Of a DNA stretch of 64,000 bases, positions 1-7,260 are shown one piece after another. Source of the stretch: an uncultured Dehalococcoidia bacterium. Lineage in GTDB: Bacteria > Chloroflexota > Dehalococcoidia > GIF9 > UBA5629. Position 1 is the first letter of the stretch. The number at the start of each line of letters is the position of its first letter. The translations under genes and the position numbers were made by a program. The stretch lies in NCBI GenBank assembly GCA_937975645.1, contig CALJTV010000005.1, forward strand, positions 2,021 through 66,020, given 5' to 3'. Under the pieces are notes generated by a model. That model did no database searches and was not told the origin of the DNA. It saw nothing but the letters and a program-made list of their open reading frames with translations.

Positions 1-927
1 CTGTACATCCCACTTGTCAGCCGGGGCAAAGCTATAGGTGTCCTGAAAGTCAGCAATAAGACCCACAGGAGACTGTTTACCAGATACGACCTCGAGATGC
101 TCACTATACTTGCGGGTCAGGCGGCAACAGCTATAGAAAACGCCAGCCTTTTTAGCGAGATCAAAGTGGAGAAATCAAGGCTCTCTCGTCTGGTTAAAAA
201 GATCTTGCAAGCACAAGAGGAAGAGCGCTCCAGGGTATCCGACGAACTCCACGATACCATCGTCCAGTGGATTGTGAGCGCCTCCTACCACAGCCAGACG
301 GCCAAAGCTTTGATCGCCAGAGGAAAATTCAACGATGCCACTCTGGAACTGGAGGAGGCTAACCGGATAATCGACCAATCAATACGTGAGATCCGCCGCA
401 TCATCATTAACCTCCGACCTAACTTGCTCAGCGAACTTGGCTTACTAGAAGCCCTCCAGTACCACCTCAGAGCTATGGAAAGGGAGAGTGGGATTGTTTG
501 TCATTTTGCGGTGCAGGGTAAACCTCGCCCCCTCACCTGGCCCCGGGAAATAACCATATACCGCATAGTTCTGGAAGCGCTAAACAATATCAAAAAGCAC
601 TCCCGAGCGAACGAAATGGAGCTCGTCATCTGGTTCTCGCCAGATACGGTGCGAGTCTCGGTGGCAGACAACGGCATAGGGTTCGACCTCACAAAGGTAA
701 CCGAGAATGCCCATGAAAATGGTAGTATCGGTTTGTTGAGCATGCAAGAACGGGCAAACATGGTCGGTGGCGAACTGAAAGTAGAATCAAGCCCGGGTGC
801 CGGGACCACCATAACCCTCCTCATCCCCACCAGAAAGCGCGAGAACAAAAACGGCAACGGTGTACCGCCATTACCTATCAATGTCAAAGGAGGTAGCCAT
901 GACCACCATCAAAGTCATGATAGTTGA
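1..927 (+). CDS. Sensor histidine kinase, C-terminal part (end of GAF + HisKA_3 + HATPase_c); 5' end lies outside the window
   Basis: Frame 1 is open from nt 1 (LYIPLVSRGKAIGVLKV...AIENASLF, a GAF-like end). H-box 'SRVSDELHDTIVQ' is typical of NarX/DegS-type HisKA_3. ATP-binding boxes: 'EALNNIKKHS', 'DNGIGF', 'GLLSMQERA..GGELKVESSPGAGTT'. Confidence 0.85.
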   Translation: MYIPLVSRGKAIGVLKVSNKTHRRLFTRYDLEMLTILAGQAATAIENASLFSEIKVEKSRLSRLVKKILQAQEEERSRVSDELHDTIVQWIVSASYHSQTAKALIARGKFNDATLELEEANRIIDQSIREIRRIIINLRPNLLSELGLLEALQYHLRAMERESGIVCHFAVQGKPRPLTWPREITIYRIVLEALNNIKKHSRANEMELVIWFSPDTVRVSVADNGIGFDLTKVTENAHENGSIGLLSMQERANMVGGELKVESSPGAGTTITLLIPTRKRENKNGNGVPPLPINVKGGSHDHHQSHDS

Positions 928-1531
928 TGACCACCGTGTCGTCAGAGAAGGGCTACGCAGCATGCTACAGCTCGATCCCACCATCGAAGTGGTAGGTGAG
1001 GCAGACTGTGGGGAAAAGGTGCTAAAAGACGTGGAAAAACTGTCACCGGATGTTATCTTGATGGATGCCAAGATGCCAGATATGAGCGGCATCGAGGCTA
1101 CAAGACAGCTCAAAGAGCGGGGATGTAATGCCAAAATAGTCATCCTCACTGGCTATGAAGACAAGTATCTAACACAAGCCGCCGAAGCCGGCGCAACCGG
1201 CTACCTAGTCAAAGCTATTAGCCAAGAGGAACTGGTAAATGCGGTAAAATCAGCCTACTACGGTAAATCGCCGCTGTCGCCTGAGGTGACCCAGAGCCTG
1301 TTCCATACCTTCGCCACTTTTTCTAGACTCAACCGCAACAACCTGCTCACCCCACGCCAGCTTGAAATCCTCAGGCTCATCGCTGCCGGCGCCACCAACA
1401 AACAAATTAGCCAGAAGCTGTTTATCAGCGAGGCTACCGTCAAGAGGGAGACCAATGCCATCTTTGAAAAACTGGACGTTGTCGATAGGGCACAGGCAGT
1501 AGCCGAAGCCTACCGAAGAAACATCCTCTAG
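899..1531 (+). CDS. NarL/LuxR-family response regulator (REC + HTH_LuxR)
   Basis: 'KVMIVDDHRVVREGL', 'DVILMDAKMPDMSG', 'GATGYLVK', and C-terminal 'LTPRQLEILRLIAAGATNKQISQKLFISEATVK'. ATG at 899 follows AAAGGAGGT. The ORF-track start at 860 has no RBS and overlaps the kinase further. Confidence 0.9.
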   Translation: MTTIKVMIVDDHRVVREGLRSMLQLDPTIEVVGEADCGEKVLKDVEKLSPDVILMDAKMPDMSGIEATRQLKERGCNAKIVILTGYEDKYLTQAAEAGATGYLVKAISQEELVNAVKSAYYGKSPLSPEVTQSLFHTFATFSRLNRNNLLTPRQLEILRLIAAGATNKQISQKLFISEATVKRETNAIFEKLDVVDRAQAVAEAYRRNIL

Positions 1532-1562
1532 CTCAGCCATCGCGTGCCATCGACTACTACGC

Positions 1563-1586
1563 GAAAGCCCCAGCAAAGGGGCTTTC
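1563..1586 (+). terminator. Stem-loop after the response regulator gene (candidate intrinsic terminator)
   Basis: Perfect 9-bp stem GAAAGCCCC (1563-1571) / GGGGCTTTC (1578-1586) with a 6-nt loop. It is followed by CTGCTTTCTC, a weak and interrupted T-tract. Confidence 0.5.
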
Positions 1587-1668
1587 CTGCTTTCTCAGTA
1601 ACAAACACCCAAACAATCAGACAAGCGCCAGTCTGATGTAACTTTTCTGCTCACAAAACATTAGCTTT

Positions 1669-2250
1669 TTGGTCGCTTTTTTGTTGCCTTTTAGCACTTC
1701 CAGTCCCTTTGCACCAACTGCCACAATATGCATGAACATCTCAGCAAAGCGGGGGATGACAATGGATATAGCAATGTACAGCCGTCTTTCCAATTCTATG
1801 CATAGCGACAATCGTGACACAGCCATACGTGTAATGCTCATTGAAGCCAGACAGGCAATGCGGGAGGGATTGAGACAGATGCTCGAGGACGAAAACGGCA
1901 TCGAAGTAATCGCCGAGGCACCCGATACCCACACCGCGATTAGCCAGCTGAAGACGCTAGCACCAGACAGCATCATCGTCGATATTGAACCGGAAGTCGA
2001 CCATACTCCCGAAAAGGTGGAACGCCTGAAGAAAGTAATACGGCTACTCAGAAAAGCCGCCGAGCAAGCCAGCATCATTATCCTCAGCGACAACCATGAG
2101 CTACTGGCACCGGCAATTACCAGCGGTATAGCAGGCTACCTGACAAAAAGCGTTAATCGCGATGAACTCGCAGTAGCAGTGCGCATAACTAACCTGTGGC
2201 GGCTGGTGCTTTTCTCGAATCAGCAAAATTTCGCTCTGGTCAAGATTTAG
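1669..2250 (+). CDS. Stand-alone receiver-like protein (NarL-subfamily REC fold, atypical acidic pocket, no output domain)
   Basis: 'IRVMLIEARQAMREGLRQML' has E-A where the canonical DD pair sits. 'DSIIVDIEPE' retains a candidate phospho-Asp. An insertion replaces the usual MPxMxG. 'IIILS' and 'GYLTK' retain the conserved S/T and K. There is no HTH. The true start is uncertain (several in-frame Met codons between 1669 and about 1790). Confidence 0.55.
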   Translation: MVAFLLPFSTSSPFAPTATICMNISAKRGMTMDIAMYSRLSNSMHSDNRDTAIRVMLIEARQAMREGLRQMLEDENGIEVIAEAPDTHTAISQLKTLAPDSIIVDIEPEVDHTPEKVERLKKVIRLLRKAAEQASIIILSDNHELLAPAITSGIAGYLTKSVNRDELAVAVRITNLWRLVLFSNQQNFALVKI

Positions 2251-2365
2251 ACCTTCTTGAACGCAGCGATATAAAGGAGGTGAGAGTAGGAAAGATGTAA
2301 GACAATAAACACCACCAAATAGAATGGCATCACGCCATCACAGACCCAGAGAAAGGAGGTAACAA

Positions 2366-2986
2366 GTGGACAAACTGATCAAAACTATCTCAAGGCTGCA
2401 CAAGGGGGAAAGAGGTATGACTGGACTGGAGACAGCCATCATACTCATTGCCTTCGTCACTGTGGCTGCAGTATTCGGCTACGCAGTGCTGAGCGCCGGA
2501 CTGTTCTCCGCTGAAAGGGGTAAAGAGGTCATCTTCGCCGGTGTCGAGCAGGCAAAGACCAACCTGGAGGTGTCAGGGTCGGTCATCGGGTATGCCAACA
2601 ATGAGACACAGGAACTTACCACACTGCTGATAACAGTAAAGAACGCGGTCGCTGGTAACCCCATCGATATGACCCCCAACTGGGGGGATACTCTAGGACA
2701 GAACAAGACGGTCATCAGCCTTAAGACTGCTACTGAATACCTTCCCAACATAGCCTGGAACGTGACACCGGTAGGCGCAGCCGACAGTGACTACCTGCTC
2801 GAGGTCGGGGAGCAATTCCAGATCGAAATCGACCTCACTAACCTTGATGGAAATGGCACCGGGCTGGCCATTCCACTGGGACCCAACGACAAGTTCTCCA
2901 TCCAGGTCAAACCAGCGCTCGGCTCCACCATCATCGTGCAGCGGACATTGCCACCCGAGCTTGATACCGTTATGGACCTGTACTAA
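2366..2986 (+). CDS. arlB: Archaellin (archaeal flagellin, ArlB/FlaB family) with a class III (type IV pilin-like) signal peptide
   Basis: The N-terminus '...HKGERG|MTGLETAIILIAFVTVAAVFGYAVLSAGLF' closely matches the conserved archaellin N-terminus (compare crenarchaeal FlaB '...KG|LAGLDTAIILIAFIITAAVLAYVAINMGLF'). GTG start sits 7 nt after AAAGGAGGT. It is the first gene of the arl cluster. Confidence 0.85.
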   Translation: MDKLIKTISRLHKGERGMTGLETAIILIAFVTVAAVFGYAVLSAGLFSAERGKEVIFAGVEQAKTNLEVSGSVIGYANNETQELTTLLITVKNAVAGNPIDMTPNWGDTLGQNKTVISLKTATEYLPNIAWNVTPVGAADSDYLLEVGEQFQIEIDLTNLDGNGTGLAIPLGPNDKFSIQVKPALGSTIIVQRTLPPELDTVMDLY

Positions 2987-3025
2987 AAAGACCGTCGCTT
3001 GGTGAGGCACTGTCCTGAACAACAT

Positions 3026-3063
3026 CTCTCGGGCATCCTCACTGAAGTGGGGATGCCCGAGAG
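3026..3063 (+). promoter_or_regulatory. Strong intra-operon stem-loop between arlB and the next gene (attenuator or mRNA 3'-stabiliser candidate)
   Basis: Perfect 13-bp inverted repeat CTCTCGGGCATCC (3026-3038) / GGATGCCCGAGAG (3051-3063), extendable by G-U and C-G pairs to an 8-nt loop. It lies 40 nt after the arlB stop. It is followed by GCAAAAAGG, so there is no U-tract. Confidence 0.5.
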
Positions 3064-3083
3064 GCAAAAAGGGGACTTGTGAA

Positions 3084-3791
3084 ATGGGACTGGAACAGAG
3101 GATAACAGCCCTCGAAGATGAAATCAAAGTCCTGAAGAACGAAATAAAGGCGGTTCTTCTGGACATAAGAGAGCATTACCTGCAACTGAGCAATCCCTTC
3201 ACCTCTCTCAACACCCTAAAAGTCCCCAGTGTAGATGAGAGCGACGGATTAACTAACGACCAAGACAAATACGTAATAGAAGAAGGTAAGCACACCTCAC
3301 GGAATAGCAAGCCCCCCATACTATCCAAACCTGCTGAAATAAAGGAAGAGCCGGCAATGCATGACCACCAGTTCGTTACTGCCGAGCCCTCGGCTTCCGA
3401 CCTGGAAATGCTCCACTCCGTCGAGAACCATTCAATACCAGCAAGACCCAAAAGGCAGTCATTTAGGACGACGCACGACAGCAGTTTTGACTTGGTGGTG
3501 ATCGCAGGGCTCACCCAGTGGGTAGACCAAGCAACAGCCACTTTAGGTAAAGAAAGGGCTGAAGCCCTTGTTGAAATAGCCTATACCATGCGGCATTTCT
3601 CTACTGAGGTAAGAGATGCGCTTATTAGACTGATAAGGCTTTCGCCACGCGAAAATGGCATCAGCAAGATGATAGGCGCCAAGGACTATCTCGCAGTGCT
3701 CGCCCAACTGGACAACCTGCTAGCAAACGAGCACCACGAAAACACCCTGCTCTCCATCCTTACCATGATGAAGGAGGCTTCGGATGGATAA
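3084..3791 (+). CDS. arlCDE: ArlC/D/E-like archaellum accessory protein (N-terminal FlaC-type coiled coil + C-terminal FlaD/E-like domain)
   Basis: Heptad coiled coil 'LEQRITALEDEIKVLKNEIKAVLLDIRE'. The C-terminal 'LVVIAGLTQWVDQATATLGKERAEALVEIAYTMRHFSTEVRDALIRLIRL' resembles the FlaD/E C-terminal domain as I recall it. Its position between arlB and arlF/G matches euryarchaeal synteny. Confidence 0.6.
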   Translation: MGLEQRITALEDEIKVLKNEIKAVLLDIREHYLQLSNPFTSLNTLKVPSVDESDGLTNDQDKYVIEEGKHTSRNSKPPILSKPAEIKEEPAMHDHQFVTAEPSASDLEMLHSVENHSIPARPKRQSFRTTHDSSFDLVVIAGLTQWVDQATATLGKERAEALVEIAYTMRHFSTEVRDALIRLIRLSPRENGISKMIGAKDYLAVLAQLDNLLANEHHENTLLSILTMMKEASDG

Positions 3792-4251
3792 AGCATTGGT
3801 CACCATCCTGCTAATCATAGCCGGTGTGGTCTGCACCATGGTCATAGTCAATGCAGTATACCCACTAATAACCGGGACCAGCGGGGCACTGACAGATGCG
3901 GTCCAGAGGATAGACGACCGCATCAGGAGCAACATCAAGATCATCGAAATCTCCTCCAATGGCACAGATGTTTACATTTGGATAAAGAATATAGGCGCAT
4001 CTACCATCGGTGCCATCGATAAAAGCGATGTCTTTTTCGGTCCCGAAGGCAACTTCGCCCGAATACCGTTTGGAAGTACCGGCTCACCGCTGCCATATTG
4101 GGACTACACCCTAGAGGACGGTAGTGACGCTTGGAAACCATCTTCGACCTTAAAAATTACCATTCATTTACAGCAAGCCCAGTCCGGCACCCAGTTCATC
4201 AAATTCATTACGCATAACGGGATATCGGACTGGCAGCTATTTAGCATGTAG
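3784..4251 (+). CDS. arlF: ArlF/ArlG-family archaellum stator-like protein (N-terminal TM helix + beta-sandwich); ArlF by synteny
   Basis: N-terminal hydrophobic helix 'LVTILLIIAGVVCTMVIVNAVYPLI' followed by a beta-rich domain of about 120 aa. The 8-nt overlap (ATGGATAA) with the upstream gene indicates translational coupling. The F versus G assignment rests on gene order only. Confidence 0.6.
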   Translation: MDKALVTILLIIAGVVCTMVIVNAVYPLITGTSGALTDAVQRIDDRIRSNIKIIEISSNGTDVYIWIKNIGASTIGAIDKSDVFFGPEGNFARIPFGSTGSPLPYWDYTLEDGSDAWKPSSTLKITIHLQQAQSGTQFIKFITHNGISDWQLFSM

Positions 4252-4255
4252 CAAA

Positions 4256-4753
4256 ATGGAGAACTTAGTAATAACTCTAGCCTGTATTAGTCTGATACTG
4301 TTCGGAGCAGCAAACGTGATGATGGTCTCCTTACACTCAGTAGACGAATTCAGCCAGTCATGGAGCAACATCCAGAAATTGGCTAACGAAAGGGTACTCA
4401 CCAAGATAACTGCCACAGGTGCCGAAATTAACACACAAGGCGACCAGGTAACAATAACATTGCTGAACGAAGGAAATACATCCCTGTCTCAGTTCATCGC
4501 ATGGGACGTTATTTTAAGATATGGCGATGGGGATACGATCCGCTTACCGCACGGGCAGACAACACCGGGCTGGAGCATTTCCAGCATCTCATTCCAGGGA
4601 CTGCCCGAGACCCTCCAGCCAAGTATCCTAGACCCGGGGGAAGAAATGAACATCGTCCTAAGGCTATCAACCCCAGTGAGCGAAAACACTACCAACATGG
4701 TGACAGTCTCAACCCATAATGGCATCACCACCAGAATACTTTTCAGGAGGTAG
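4256..4753 (+). CDS. arlG: ArlF/ArlG-family archaellum protein (second paralogue); ArlG by synteny
   Basis: Same architecture: TM helix 'LVITLACISLILFGAANVMMVSL' plus a beta-rich domain. The gap from the upstream gene is 4 nt. It lies immediately upstream of arlH. Confidence 0.6.
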   Translation: MENLVITLACISLILFGAANVMMVSLHSVDEFSQSWSNIQKLANERVLTKITATGAEINTQGDQVTITLLNEGNTSLSQFIAWDVILRYGDGDTIRLPHGQTTPGWSISSISFQGLPETLQPSILDPGEEMNIVLRLSTPVSENTTNMVTVSTHNGITTRILFRR

Positions 4754-4758
4754 AAAAG

Positions 4759-5472
4759 ATGCCACAAACAGACACCGAGCCCAAAAAAGAACTGACGGTA
4801 TGTACCGGACAGAGCGAGATAGATAAAAGATTGGGCGGAGGCATACCCATGGGTTCATTGGTCCTCCTCGAAGGGCAATCAGACTCAGGCAAGTCGGTCC
4901 TGGTCCAGCAAATGACCTGGTCCTCCCTTCAAAACAACCTAAGAATACTGTTCTACACCACCGAAAATACGGTTAGAAGCCTGGACAAACAGATGGAAAG
5001 CTTAGGGTTAAGCATTACCGACTACATCCTCCTGGGCTGGGTCAAAATATTCCAGATAAAGTCCACTATCAGTATGCGGGACAATGCTTTCGGCACCATC
5101 GTCAAAGGCATCGAAGCGCACCCCGAATACAAAGTTGTGGTCGTAGATGCCGTAACACCGTTCATAGCCCACAGCTCCACAGAGGAGATAATCCGCTACT
5201 TCGAAGCATGCAAAGGGCTGTGCGATAGTGGTAAGACTATTCTTAACGTAGCACATACCTATGCCTTTGATGAGCAGCTACTTATACGAATAGGTTCAGT
5301 TTGCGATGCCCACCTACGTCTGCGAATCGAAGAGGTGGGAGAAAAACTGGTCAAAGTACTTGAGGTGGCAAAAATAAGAGGTGCTGATAAGAACACCGGG
5401 AACATTATCAGCTTCGATGTAGAACCCGGCATGGGACTAAAGGTACTGCCAATGGGCAGAGCCAAAGCTTAG
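4759..5472 (+). CDS. arlH: ArlH (FlaH), KaiC/RecA-like ATP-binding protein of the archaellum motor
   Basis: 'IDKRLGGGIPMGSLVLLEGQSDSGKSVLVQQM' (Walker A GxxxxGKS), Walker-B-like 'KVVVVDAV', about 237 aa. AGGAGG lies 6 nt upstream of the ATG. It sits directly before arlI. Confidence 0.8.
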   Translation: MPQTDTEPKKELTVCTGQSEIDKRLGGGIPMGSLVLLEGQSDSGKSVLVQQMTWSSLQNNLRILFYTTENTVRSLDKQMESLGLSITDYILLGWVKIFQIKSTISMRDNAFGTIVKGIEAHPEYKVVVVDAVTPFIAHSSTEEIIRYFEACKGLCDSGKTILNVAHTYAFDEQLLIRIGSVCDAHLRLRIEEVGEKLVKVLEVAKIRGADKNTGNIISFDVEPGMGLKVLPMGRAKA

Positions 5473-5487
5473 AGTGAGGGACACCAT

Positions 5488-7260
5488 ATGCCGCAGGTGG
5501 TACTGCCGTTTGAAGTTAAACCAGGCAAGCAAAAGGACACAGCGACTTCCATGGCGAGCATCCAGCAAAGCTTGTCACCAGACTTTCAGGAGGTCACTAG
5601 AAGGAGCCCATTTCTGCTCCGCTACCTCTGCATGTTGCCCCTTAAGGAAATCGGTCTGCCTAGATATTGTGCCAAGCTGGAAAGGAGTATGTCTGAGATA
5701 CGTAAGCCGAACATCATCTACCCCGTCAAAGGCGGCACCTTTGTCCACATTCTTTTCGACCCTGATGACGCCCGCCACCACTACATCATCATCGAGCCAA
5801 TCCTCAACGATAACCTAGAACCGCTGCTCCAAGAGTTGGAACTAAGGATGCTTAACTTGTCCGACCTATTGCTAACCACCAAGAGCGACGATGAAGACTC
5901 CAAGAAAGCCACTTTCCTCCGCATACTGGACGAGCTGTGCGAGGTCACCACTACTACACCGGCACAGAACACATCTGCTAAGAACAACAAAAAAAACGGT
6001 AAGTTGCCATTCCACCCAAATGACCTTAAAGCCCTCCTTTCCAGAAAGGTCGATAAAATCCAAGTTACCCCTCACCAGCTGCAATGCCTTAAGTATTTGA
6101 TAATCAGGGACAAACTTGGGCTGGGAATAATAGAACCTCTAGTACGTGACACTTACCTCGAAGACATCAGCTGCAGCGGCATGGGTATGATTTATGTGGA
6201 GCATAAAATCTTCCACAGTCTTAAGACCACCATATCATTCCCTACCCACGAGGAGCTGGACTTGTTTGTCATGCGCCTCTCCGAGCGTATGAAGAAACCG
6301 GTCAGTATCCACAACCCCATTTGTGATGCTACCCTACCGGATGGCTCCAGAATAAACATAGTTTACGGGAAGGACATCTCAAAGCGTGGCTCCAATTTCA
6401 CCATACGCCGTTTTAGCGAAACACCACTTTCCGTGTTGGAACTGATAGAGATGGGAACACTGGATTACAACATGGCAGGGTACCTGGCAGTAATGATAGG
6501 CGAGGGTATGAACACCTTCGTCTGCGGCGAGACAGCTTCAGGAAAGACGACCACACTCAATGCGCTGACCACCTTTATCCACCCGAATGCCAAGATAGTA
6601 AGCATAGAGGACACCCCAGAACTTCAGGTGCCACACAAAAACTGGATAAGGGAAGTAACGTCGACCAAGGAAGGAAGCGAGAGCGGGGTGACCATGTTTG
6701 ACTTACTTAAAGCAGCGTTGAGGCAGCGCCCGAATTTCATCATAGTGGGCGAGATCCGCGGTGCTGAGGGCGCCATAGCCTTTCAGGCAATGCAGACAGG
6801 TCACTCGGTCATGGCAACTTTCCACGCTGCCTCGGTGGAAAGGCTGATACAGCGCCTTACCGGAAACCCAATAAATGTCCCCAAAACATACATGGACAAC
6901 CTGAACCTGGTGGTTATTCAGAGCGCCGTGAAACTGCCGTCAGGCAAGACAGGACGCAGGATGACCAGTATATGCGAAATTGTAGGATATGATCCAGTCA
7001 ACCAGTCCTTCTCGTTCGTCGAGGTCTTCCGCTGGGACTCTGTCAACGACTCTTTCATCTTTAGTGGCTTCGGCAACAGCTACCTGATGGAATACAAGAT
7101 AGCACCAAAATTGGGGATCCCCCAGTTCCAAAAGAAAAGAATCTATGCGGAGATCGACCGCAGGGCTAAAGTACTGGAGAAACTGCACAAGCAAGGGGTA
7201 ACCAACTTCTATGAACTTCTCAGCATTCTTGCCAAAGCTAAAAACGAAGGACTCTTCTAA
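5488..7260 (+). CDS. arlI: ArlI (FlaI), type II/IV secretion-family hexameric ATPase of the archaellum
   Basis: 'VCGETASGKTTTLNAL' (Walker A), 'IVSIEDTPELQ' (Asp box), 'PNFIIVGEIRGAEG' (Walker B), 'GHSVMATFHA' (His box). The N-terminal domain is long, with a low-complexity insert. Confidence 0.9.
   Translation: MPQVVLPFEVKPGKQKDTATSMASIQQSLSPDFQEVTRRSPFLLRYLCMLPLKEIGLPRYCAKLERSMSEIRKPNIIYPVKGGTFVHILFDPDDARHHYIIIEPILNDNLEPLLQELELRMLNLSDLLLTTKSDDEDSKKATFLRILDELCEVTTTTPAQNTSAKNNKKNGKLPFHPNDLKALLSRKVDKIQVTPHQLQCLKYLIIRDKLGLGIIEPLVRDTYLEDISCSGMGMIYVEHKIFHSLKTTISFPTHEELDLFVMRLSERMKKPVSIHNPICDATLPDGSRINIVYGKDISKRGSNFTIRRFSETPLSVLELIEMGTLDYNMAGYLAVMIGEGMNTFVCGETASGKTTTLNALTTFIHPNAKIVSIEDTPELQVPHKNWIREVTSTKEGSESGVTMFDLLKAALRQRPNFIIVGEIRGAEGAIAFQAMQTGHSVMATFHAASVERLIQRLTGNPINVPKTYMDNLNLVVIQSAVKLPSGKTGRRMTSICEIVGYDPVNQSFSFVEVFRWDSVNDSFIFSGFGNSYLMEYKIAPKLGIPQFQKKRIYAEIDRRAKVLEKLHKQGVTNFYELLSILAKAKNEGLF

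Noticed and set aside
2257-2275. TTGAAC...TATAAA upstream of arlB as a bacterial promoter or a relic archaeal TATA box
   Set aside because: The spacer is only 7 nt, which is incompatible with sigma70 geometry. A single TATAAA hexamer in AT-richer intergenic DNA is not evidence for an archaeal promoter, which a bacterial RNA polymerase could not use anyway.
2295-2300. ATG-TAA start-stop mini-ORF preceded by AAGGAGGTGAGAG in the arlB upstream region
   Set aside because: The SD-to-ATG spacing (about 13 nt) is long, and a two-codon element can easily arise by chance. I have no independent support.
5474-5818. 114-aa ORF (Ser/Thr/Cys-rich) overlapping the 5' end of arlI in another frame
   Set aside because: It lies entirely within the well-supported arlI reading frame. 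It has low-complexity composition, no RBS and no recognisable motif, so it is most likely a frame artefact.
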